Shown here: positions 17,179-23,208 of the stretch, piece after piece | Numbering within the stretch: the stretch's first letter is position 1 | Layout of the letters: each line of letters begins with the position of its first letter | DNA from: Dehalococcoidia bacterium | GTDB taxonomy: Bacteria > Chloroflexota > Dehalococcoidia > Lucifugimonadales > JAGWBF01 | Reading direction: 5' to 3' | Assembly (NCBI GenBank): GCA_965237875.1 | Contig: CBDEGP010000001.1 | Coordinates: 1,015,790-1,039,789 of the forward strand | Length of the DNA stretch: 24,000 nucleotides | Notes under the pieces: generated by a model | Seen by the model: the letters and a program-made list of their open reading frames with translations, nothing else | Databases searched by the model: none | Told to the model about the DNA's origin: nothing | Made by a program: the position numbers and the translations under genes

Positions 17179-17208
17179 AGTATAGGAAACCACCTTATCC
17201 GGCGTCAA
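17179..17208 (-). promoter_or_regulatory. Candidate sigma70-type promoter for the DUF1800 string (TTGACG-18-TATACT)
   Basis: On the minus strand, TTGACG (17208-17203), an 18-nt spacer, then TATACT (17184-17179), about 75 nt upstream of GTG 17104. The -35 sits in the loop region of the inverted repeat CCGGCG-N8-CGCCGG (17199-17218). Confidence 0.45.
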
Positions 17209-17233
17209 CAAACGCCGGGCTAATGATGAAAGT

Positions 17234-17297
17234 CCCTTCTCCACCGGCGGGAGAAGGTTGGAGCCTGTCCTGAGCTTGCCGAAGGGATGAGGGAGGA
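17234..17297. repeat. GC-rich hairpin repeat, family 1, copy C
   Basis: CCTTCTCC-ACCGGCG-GGAGAAGG followed by TTGGAGCCTGTCCTGAGCTTGCCGAAGGGATGAGGGAGGA. It has the same orientation and architecture as 14364-14425, with only a handful of substitutions in the tail. Confidence 0.75.
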
Positions 17298-17332
17298 CTG
17301 GCTGCATCACGCTCCCCCTCCGGCCCCCACCA

Positions 17333-17361
17333 CGTCACTCCAGCGGAGGCCGGAGTCCACA
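17333..17361. repeat. GC-rich hairpin repeat, family 2, copy 1
   Basis: CGTCACTCCAGCGGAGGCCGGAGTCCACA. It is 27/29 identical to 18715-18743, and its hairpin carries one mismatch. Confidence 0.7.
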
Positions 17362-17384
17362 TCCGTTCATGCGTATCCCATTTG

Positions 17385-17393
17385 TGGTACACT
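17385..17393 (+). promoter_or_regulatory. Candidate extended -10 promoter (TGGTACACT) for dinJ-yafQ
   Basis: TG-G-TACACT lies 30 nt upstream of ATG 17423 (GGAGG SD at 17412-17416). It is overlapped by the imperfect inverted repeat GTATCCCA...TGGTAC, as expected for an autoregulated TA operator. Confidence 0.35.
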
Positions 17394-17422
17394 ATTGGGC
17401 ATACGGAGTTCGGAGGCTCCCA

Positions 17423-17680
17423 ATGGCTAAAACCGAAATGATACGCGCCCGTGTTGAACCGGAACTGAAACAGGAGGCCGAAAAGGTCTTCGCGGCCCTT
17501 GGGCTTTCGGTGACTGAGGCCATCACCCTGTATTACAAGCAGGTGACTGTGCATCAGGGACTGCCGTTCAGCGTGCGCATACCCAACGCCGAAACTCTAG
17601 AGGCGATGCGCCAGGTGCGCGACCGCGACGGCCTCACCACCTACGCCAGCTTGGATGACCTCATGGCCGAGCTTGGATGA
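17423..17680 (+). CDS. dinJ: RelB/DinJ-family type II antitoxin
   Basis: 85 aa from ATG 17423. 'MIRARVEPELKQEAEKVFAALGLSVTEAITLYYKQVTVHQGLPFSVRIPNAETLEAM' matches the DinJ/RelB RHH pattern (I..R.D..LK..A...L..LGL....AI.......V....G.PF). The upstream part of the 103-aa ORF lacks an SD. Confidence 0.85.
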   Translation: MAKTEMIRARVEPELKQEAEKVFAALGLSVTEAITLYYKQVTVHQGLPFSVRIPNAETLEAMRQVRDRDGLTTYASLDDLMAELG

Positions 17681-17724
17681 CCTCATGGCCGAGCTTGGAT
17701 GACCTCATGGCCGAGTTTGAGTGA
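17649..17724 (+). repeat. Perfect 22-bp tandem triplication (GCTTGGATGACCTCATGGCCGA x3) plus a diverged 10-nt partial copy
   Basis: Copies at 17649-17670, 17671-17692 and 17693-17714 are identical. GTTTGAGTGA follows at 17715-17724 (7/10 match to the unit start). The array spans the dinJ stop and ends 3 nt before the yafQ GTG. Confidence 0.95.
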
Positions 17725-17727
17725 TCT

Positions 17728-17997
17728 GTGCGCCTGACCGTCTCGGCGCAATGCAAGAGGGATATGCGGCGTGCCCAGAGGCGGGGAAAGGACCTCGGAA
17801 AATTCCGGGCTGTCGTGAGTCAACTCCTGGCTCAACGCCCCTTGGACATCCGCCATCGGCCCCACCGGCTGTCCGGTGGGATGTCCGGATACTGGGAATG
17901 TCACGTCGAACCGGACTGGCTGTTGATTTGGGACCCAACCGACGGGGATGAGTTGGTCCTGGTCCGAACCGGCAGCCATACCGACCTGTTCGACTGA
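17728..17997 (+). CDS. yafQ: YafQ/RelE-family type II toxin (mRNA interferase)
   Basis: 89 aa. 'KRDMRRAQRRGKDLGKFRAVVSQLL...HRLSGGMSGYWECHVEPDWLLIW...DELVLVRTGSHTDLF' follows the YafQ/RelE (TIGR02385-type) consensus nearly position by position. GTG start. Confidence 0.88.
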   Translation: MRLTVSAQCKRDMRRAQRRGKDLGKFRAVVSQLLAQRPLDIRHRPHRLSGGMSGYWECHVEPDWLLIWDPTDGDELVLVRTGSHTDLFD

Positions 17998-18036
17998 AGC
18001 CCGCGCACGACCTGAACCTACAGCAAAACGCCGAAT

Positions 18037-18540
18037 CTATCTCAGAAGCGCCTCCGACCCCGCGAGCAGGTCTTGGACAGGCTTCCCAAGGGCTTGGGCG
18101 ATTGCGCCCAGGGTCTTGGTCCTGGGCGTCTGTTCTCCGTTCTCCAGCCGGACCAGGGTGACGCGCCCAATGTCGGCGGCGTGGGCAAGCGCCTCTTGGG
18201 TCAACCCGGCGGATTCCCTGAACTGACGGATTCGCTGGCCCAGGGTCTGTCTGCCCCGCTGGGCTATGGCCTCGACTGTGGGCCGGTAGGACTCGTCGCA
18301 GTAGTGGCGGGCAAAGTCCCAGGGAATCTCGATCCGCTCGCCGGCGCCTGTGCTGAGGACCATCTCGTAGGGATTGGGCAGCTCGATCCCGGACACGCCC
18401 CCGCCTTCCCCAATCTCCGGCAAGTCGGCAAAGGGCATCAACCCCCTGCGCCCATCAGCGAAGCATAGCTCAACCCCATCGTCCAGCAGCGCGGCGGCCG
18501 TCATCATCCGGTCAGCGTTCTTCACCAGCACCGCGTTCAT
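18037..18540 (-). CDS. XRE-family helix-turn-helix regulator with an extra ~95-aa N-terminal domain (possibly DUF2442-like)
   Basis: The C-terminal 'LGQRIRQFRESAGLTQEALAHAADIGRVTLVRLENGEQTPRTKTLGAIAQALG' is a textbook HTH_3/XRE domain. The N-terminal part ('VELCFADGRRGLMPFADL...ERIEIPWDFARHY') loosely follows the DUF2442 pattern. GGAGG lies 7 nt before the ATG. Confidence 0.75.
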   Translation of the reverse strand: MNAVLVKNADRMMTAAALLDDGVELCFADGRRGLMPFADLPEIGEGGGVSGIELPNPYEMVLSTGAGERIEIPWDFARHYCDESYRPTVEAIAQRGRQTLGQRIRQFRESAGLTQEALAHAADIGRVTLVRLENGEQTPRTKTLGAIAQALGKPVQDLLAGSEALLR

Positions 18541-18714
18541 CAGCTATCCTCCGTGAACAGTGTCCCACACATTCCTGATTTCCTCGGCGGACGCGGAACT
18601 GCCCCTCAATCACTACAGTCTGCATTCGAAGTCCATGGGTAAAGCAGCGGCCTCGATGCTTGCAGCGTAGGTATAATGTATCACAAAACGACACATTTTC
18701 GTCAAGCCCCCGCT

Positions 18715-18743
18715 CGTCACTCCGGCGGGGGCCGGAGTCCACA
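18715..18743. repeat. GC-rich hairpin repeat, family 2, copy 2
   Basis: CGTCACTCCGGCGGGGGCCGGAGTCCACA, with a perfect 8-bp stem ACTCCGGC/GCCGGAGT and a GGGG loop. It matches 17333-17361. Confidence 0.7.
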
Positions 18744-18770
18744 GGCCCTGGCAAGGAGGTGCGGCGCCCC

Positions 18771-18799
18771 TGGATTCCTGCCTGCGCAGGAAAGACAGG
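18771..18799. repeat. GC-rich hairpin repeat of the 'WIPACAG / SFxRRxESR' type
   Basis: TGGATTCCTGCCTGCGCAGGAAAGACAGG, with stem TTCCTGC/GCAGGAA and loop CTGC. This is a widely recurring intergenic hairpin motif that produces spurious small ORFs. Confidence 0.6.
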
Positions 18800-18962
18800 T
18801 CGGGATCAACGAAGCATGTCATGGGTAGAAAGAAAAGCCCGCCATTAGGGACTTGCAAAATTTGAACATTAGTGGTCCATTGGTCCACCTTGAGAACTAG
18901 GCTACCCATAGGCAATGGAATGTTGGTAGTTCTGGCACACTGAATAACGGAGGTCGTATAGG

Positions 18963-19295
18963 ATGGGGATGAGTGTAGGCGTCGTGACGATCAAATACTT
19001 GGATGAACCGGGGAAGAGCGTACGTGATTTCCTGTTCCATTTGGCGAGCGACGTGTCGTTAGGGTTCGACGATGATGAATACGAAGCAACCACCCATGAC
19101 GACGAACACTACACTTGGGGTGGCGGCTGGGGAGGAAACACCTTTGTCGAGTTTAGTTGGTCGTATCTGGAGTGGAGAGCGGGCCGGTGGGTTGACAGCG
19201 AGGATATGGGTGCGGAAGGGAAAACTGCGCTGGAACATTGGATTGCCAGCCTGCCCTGGCAAGACGACATGGTAATGCTTCATCTGAACGTATAA
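18963..19295 (+). CDS. Hypothetical protein (110 aa, acidic, Trp/Gly-rich), in a more AT-rich islet
   Basis: ATG with GGAGG 9 nt upstream (18949-18953). The sequence 'DDDEYEATTHDDEHYTWGGGWGGNTFVEFSWSYLEWRAGRW' matches no family I recognise. The surrounding DNA is visibly less GC-rich than the rest of the window. Confidence 0.55.
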   Translation: MGMSVGVVTIKYLDEPGKSVRDFLFHLASDVSLGFDDDEYEATTHDDEHYTWGGGWGGNTFVEFSWSYLEWRAGRWVDSEDMGAEGKTALEHWIASLPWQDDMVMLHLNV

Positions 19296-19360
19296 CAGTG
19301 ACTGCCCAAAAGCCGCAATCTTAGGACTACGAACCACTTCCCGCTCCCACCCCCCGGCGC

Positions 19361-19389
19361 TTGTCACGGGCTAGCTGCAACGGTACACT
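19361..19389 (+). promoter_or_regulatory. Candidate sigma70-type promoter (TTGTCA-17-TACACT) for the tcuA-like/prpD-like/aroE/aroC string
   Basis: TTGTCA (19361-19366), a 17-nt spacer, then TACACT (19384-19389), 50 nt upstream of ATG 19440. Confidence 0.35.
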
Positions 19390-19439
19390 CAGGCTTGGCT
19401 TTTGGGTTGGAGATTTGAATTGGGGGAAGGTGACCGAGC

Positions 19440-20924
19440 ATGACTATGGGAGCCTTGAGGAAGTACGACGTCATCGTGGTGGGCGCAGGCAACGCAGCGT
19501 TGACCGCAGCCCTGTCAGCCCATCAGAGGGGCGCCAGAGTCCTGGTGCTGGAAAAGGCCCCGGAGGCTGAGAAGGGCGGCAACAGCAGGTTCAGCGGCGG
19601 CCTGTTCCGGTTCGCCTATGAGGGCATCGAAGACCTGAAGCCCCTACGGCCCGACGTTTCCCAGAACGAATGGGACAGGGTTGAAGCGGGCGCCTACGAC
19701 CCCGGCGCATACATGGCCGACATCATGCGGGTCACCGAAGGCGAGGCCAACAAGCAGCTTTGCGACGTGCTCACCAAGGAGTCCCTCTCCACCGTTATGT
19801 GGATGACCGGCCTGGGAGTGCTCTGGGAATGGACCTTCCTCTGGTCCCAGACGGGCGGAGAGCGCATCAGGTTCACCCCCGGCTCCGTTCTCGGAGCGCG
19901 CAACAAAGGCGTGGGGCTGATGGAGCATCTGTACGCGGCCACGGAGCAGGCGGGCATCGAAATAGCGTACCAGGCCAAGATGGTGGGGTTCATGCAGGAT
20001 GATGTCGGCCGTGTGCTTGGCGTGCGCATCAGGACTCCGGGCGGCGTGGAGGAAGCGGCCGCCGGAGCCGTGGTGCTGGCCTCGGGGGGATTCGAAGCCA
20101 ATACCGAGATGCGGGCCAGGTATCTGGGCCAGGGCTGGGACCGGGTCAAGGTGCGAGGCACCAGGTTCAACACGGGGGAGACGCTGCGTATGGCCCTGGA
20201 CATCGGGGCCATGCCTGCGGGCCACTGGCAGGGCTGCCATGCCACACCCATAGACGCCAACGCCGCTCCCCTGGGCGACCTTAGCATGACCGACCTCACC
20301 AACCGGCTCTCCTATCCCTTCTCCATCATGGTCAACAAGACGGGACGGCGTTTCGCCGACGAGGGAGAGGACACCGGCGGGTACACCTACGCAAAGATGG
20401 GCCGGATGATAATGAACGAGCCCGGCGGAGTGGCTTACCAGATATTCGACCAGAAGACTCTCCATCTGCTGGAAGAACGGTACGAGACGGGTGTCCCGGT
20501 CACCGCCGACTCCATAGCGGAGCTGGAGTCCAACCTGGGGCTGCCCTCCGAGTCGCTGGTGGAGACGGTGAGGGACTTCAACGCAGCCTGCCGTCCGGGC
20601 GAGTTCGACCCCGGAGTCAAGGACGGGCTGAAGACCCACGGCCTGGAGCTTCCCAAGTCCAATTGGGCCTTGCCCATAGACCAGCCGCCCTACGTGGTGT
20701 ATCCCGCATCCTGCGGCATCACCTTCACGTTCGGAGGCGTCAAGATCGACACCGGCGCCCGGGTGATAAATACGGAAGGGGAGCCTATCCCCGGCCTCTA
20801 CGCCACCGGCGAGATAACTGGAGACTTCTTCTACCACAACTACCCGGGAGGCACGGGGCTTGTCCGGGGCGCCGTCTTCGGACGCATCGGGGGAGACAAC
20901 GCCGCCAGAGAGGCGTTGGGCTAA
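19440..20924 (+). CDS. tcuA: FAD-dependent dehydrogenase, TcuA-like (tricarballylate dehydrogenase / fumarate-reductase flavoprotein family)
   Basis: 494 aa. It has the N-terminal dinucleotide fold 'YDVIVVGAGNAALTAALSA...VLVLEKAP..EKGGNSRFSGG' and the C-terminal 'GLYATGEITGDFFYHNYPGGTGLVRGAVFGRIGG', as in TcuA-type flavoproteins. The symbol is tentative. Confidence 0.75.
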   Translation: MTMGALRKYDVIVVGAGNAALTAALSAHQRGARVLVLEKAPEAEKGGNSRFSGGLFRFAYEGIEDLKPLRPDVSQNEWDRVEAGAYDPGAYMADIMRVTEGEANKQLCDVLTKESLSTVMWMTGLGVLWEWTFLWSQTGGERIRFTPGSVLGARNKGVGLMEHLYAATEQAGIEIAYQAKMVGFMQDDVGRVLGVRIRTPGGVEEAAAGAVVLASGGFEANTEMRARYLGQGWDRVKVRGTRFNTGETLRMALDIGAMPAGHWQGCHATPIDANAAPLGDLSMTDLTNRLSYPFSIMVNKTGRRFADEGEDTGGYTYAKMGRMIMNEPGGVAYQIFDQKTLHLLEERYETGVPVTADSIAELESNLGLPSESLVETVRDFNAACRPGEFDPGVKDGLKTHGLELPKSNWALPIDQPPYVVYPASCGITFTFGGVKIDTGARVINTEGEPIPGLYATGEITGDFFYHNYPGGTGLVRGAVFGRIGGDNAAREALG

Positions 20925-20934
20925 CGGCGGACCG

Positions 20935-22278
20935 ATGAACGAGACTGGCGCTTTGGCCGAATTCGCCGCCGGCGCGGCATATTCCGACCTGCCGTCCGAC
21001 GTCGTGGAGGCCGTGCGGGTCTATATTCTCGATGACCTGGCAAGCGGGTTCGTGGGCGCATCCACACCCTGGGCCGACATGGCCGGGGCCCTGGCCAGAG
21101 AGAGCGCCCCCCACGGGGCCTGCTCCGTCTTTGGCGCCGCCTGGACCACGTCTCCGTCCTACGCTTCCCTGGTCAACGGCGTGATGATAGGCGGGTTCGA
21201 GACTGACCACGCCTACTTTGCAGGGTCATGCCATCCCAGCGCCGCAGTGTTTCCGGCGGCGCTTGCGCTTGCCGAGCGGGACGGCGCCGACGGCAAGCAG
21301 TTCATGGCCGCCGTGGCCGTGGGGTACGAGGTCACATGCCGCGTGGGAATGGCGGCCACCAGGGCTGTGGAGGACCAGGCGGGGTTTCACGGGCCGGGAA
21401 CCAACGCATCCTTCGGCGGAGCGGCGGCGGCGGGCAAGCTCCTGGGCCTGGACGCCCGGGGAATGTCGAATGCCCTGGGCATCGCCGGGTCACACGCCGG
21501 AGGGCTGCTGGAGTTCTCGAAAGAAGGGGCCATGACCAAGCGGCTCCACGTGGGCCGCGGCTGCCAGATGGGGTTGGAGGCGGCCATTCTGGCATCCCAC
21601 GGATTCACGGGCCCGTCCACGGTGTTGGAAGGTGAGAAGGGATTTCTCAAAGTCTACTCTCCTGAGCCTCAGCCTCATCTGCTGGTGGAAGGCCTGGGAT
21701 CGAAATATATCCTGTTGGACATGACCGTGAAAGCCTACGCGTGCCATGCTTCATTCCATCCGATAATCGACGGGATACACAAATTCGTATCCGAACACGG
21801 TCAGGGCGTGCAAAGCCTCCGAATCACCGGGACCAAACGGATGGTGGAGCGGCATGGGCAGAGGGAGCCGGAGACTGTGCTGGGCGCACAGTACAGCCTT
21901 CCCTTCTCGGCGGCTGTGGCGGTCTGCCGCGACATAGCGGACCCGTCGGTGTTCAACGACGACACGCTCTGGGACGCCGCAGTCCGAGACCTGGCCAAGA
22001 AGGTGGAGCTTACCGACGACGGCAGGTTCGGGCAACCGGGCGGGCCTGTGGGAGAGGTTACGGTCAGCGTCAATGGCCTAACCCACACCTTCGAGGCAAC
22101 GGATTGGAAGGGGGCTCCGGGCAACCCTTACAGCTATGACGAGATGGCCGACAAGTTCCGCAGGTATTCTGCGCCCGTCATTTCTGACGCCCAATCTCGG
22201 CGAATCGTGGATGCGGTCGGGTCCCTGGAATCCCTGGACGACGTTGGCGGCCTGGCCCGCCTTATACGCTCAGGATAG
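20935..22278 (+). CDS. MmgE/PrpD family protein (2-methylcitrate dehydratase-like)
   Basis: 447 aa from ATG 20935, 10 nt after the tcuA-like stop. 'LAEFAAGAAYSDLPSDVVEAVRVYILDDLA' is a typical N-terminus, and 'HPSAAVFPAALALAE' and 'GFHGPGTNASFGGAAAAGKLLGL' are typical of the PrpD fold. The longer ORF from 20860 overlaps the upstream gene. Confidence 0.85.
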   Translation: MNETGALAEFAAGAAYSDLPSDVVEAVRVYILDDLASGFVGASTPWADMAGALARESAPHGACSVFGAAWTTSPSYASLVNGVMIGGFETDHAYFAGSCHPSAAVFPAALALAERDGADGKQFMAAVAVGYEVTCRVGMAATRAVEDQAGFHGPGTNASFGGAAAAGKLLGLDARGMSNALGIAGSHAGGLLEFSKEGAMTKRLHVGRGCQMGLEAAILASHGFTGPSTVLEGEKGFLKVYSPEPQPHLLVEGLGSKYILLDMTVKAYACHASFHPIIDGIHKFVSEHGQGVQSLRITGTKRMVERHGQREPETVLGAQYSLPFSAAVAVCRDIADPSVFNDDTLWDAAVRDLAKKVELTDDGRFGQPGGPVGEVTVSVNGLTHTFEATDWKGAPGNPYSYDEMADKFRRYSAPVISDAQSRRIVDAVGSLESLDDVGGLARLIRSG

Positions 22279-22283
22279 CGCGC

Positions 22284-23144
22284 ATGTCCCTCAAGATAGG
22301 AATCATCGGATTCCCCATCCGCCATTCCATTTCACCGGCCTTCCAGCAGGCGGCGTTGGACCACTACGGCATCGACGCCCGCTACCAACCCTGGGAGGTT
22401 GACCCCAAGGACCTGGCCGCCTTCATGGAGTCGATCAGGGCCCCCGACGCCATGGGAATGAACGTCACAGTCCCCCATAAAGAAGCTGTCATGGAGCACC
22501 TGGACGAGGTAGAAGGCTGGGCGCGGCAGGCGGGGGCTGTGAACACGGTGGTCAACCAAGACGGCAAGCTGGTCGGCCACAACACCGACGGCGTGGGCTT
22601 CCTGCGCGGTCTTACGGAGAACAGCTCCTTCATAGCAGCAGGCGCCAGGGTCGTGATATTCGGCGCCGGAGGTTCGGCCAAGGCCGTGGCCCTATCTCTC
22701 GCCGGAGAGAGGGTTGCTTCTATAACCATCGTGAACAGGACGCTGGAGCGCGCTCAAAGGCTTGCGGAGCTTACAGCTGGCAGCGGACAGGGCGACCTTG
22801 AAGTGGATGCGGCGCCTCTGGACGACGAGGGCCGGATAGCCAGGGCCGCCGCCGAGAGCAGCCTCCTGGTCAATTGCACCAGCATGGGCATGCTCCACGG
22901 GCCGGATGAGTCCGGGAGTCCTATACAAGCCCGTCATATCCCCAGAGGGGCCGTCGCTTATGACCTGGTGTATAATCCATCCGAGACGCCCTTCCTGAGG
23001 GAGGCTGTCAAAGCAGGCGCCAGCGTTATAGGCGGGCTTTCGATGCTGGTGCACCAGGGCGCAAGGGCCTTTGAGCTCTGGACGGGAAAAGAGGCGCCTG
23101 TGCCAGTGATGATGAGCGCCGCTATCGAGGCCATGTCGAGATAG
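22284..23144 (+). CDS. aroE: Shikimate dehydrogenase (NADP+)
   Basis: 286 aa. Motifs 'SISPAFQQAAL', 'NVTVPHKEAV', 'NTDGVGF', 'GAGGSAKAVA' and 'VNRT' are canonical AroE substrate- and NADP-binding motifs. It starts 5 nt after the PrpD-family stop. Confidence 0.92.
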   Translation: MSLKIGIIGFPIRHSISPAFQQAALDHYGIDARYQPWEVDPKDLAAFMESIRAPDAMGMNVTVPHKEAVMEHLDEVEGWARQAGAVNTVVNQDGKLVGHNTDGVGFLRGLTENSSFIAAGARVVIFGAGGSAKAVALSLAGERVASITIVNRTLERAQRLAELTAGSGQGDLEVDAAPLDDEGRIARAAAESSLLVNCTSMGMLHGPDESGSPIQARHIPRGAVAYDLVYNPSETPFLREAVKAGASVIGGLSMLVHQGARAFELWTGKEAPVPVMMSAAIEAMSR

Positions 23145-23208
23145 CGAGTCCGGCCCGCATCGGCCCGCGTTGCTTGGAATAGGCCCCGATGCTTGGAGGA
23201 TATGAACG

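Noticed and set aside
17683-17979. The 98-aa ORF on the minus strand opposite yafQ.
   Set aside because: It is the antisense shadow of a toxin gene with a near-consensus YafQ sequence. It has no SD and no motif.
18660-18677. A perfect TATAAT (18672-18677) that might drive a small RNA or the 110-aa gene.
   Set aside because: There is no TG extension. The only TTG-containing hexamer (TTGCAG, 18660-18665) is just 6 nt upstream, which is the wrong spacing. The sequence at the proper -35 distance (GGCCTC) is unlike the consensus. It is noted here but not called.
14364-18799. The recurring GC-rich palindromic repeats as a CRISPR array.
   Set aside because: The copies are kilobases apart, belong to different sequence families, are imperfect, and are not separated by uniform spacers. 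No cas genes are present.
18512-18915. ORFs 18512-18754 (-) and 18613-18915 (-) as a possible upstream partner (HigB- or DUF4160-like) of the XRE gene.
   Set aside because: Large parts of both translations ('SFLRRQESRG', 'WTPAPAGVT', 'GPRRSDERG') come straight from the family-2 and TTCCTGC/GCAGGAA hairpin repeats. No toxin-like motifs were seen.
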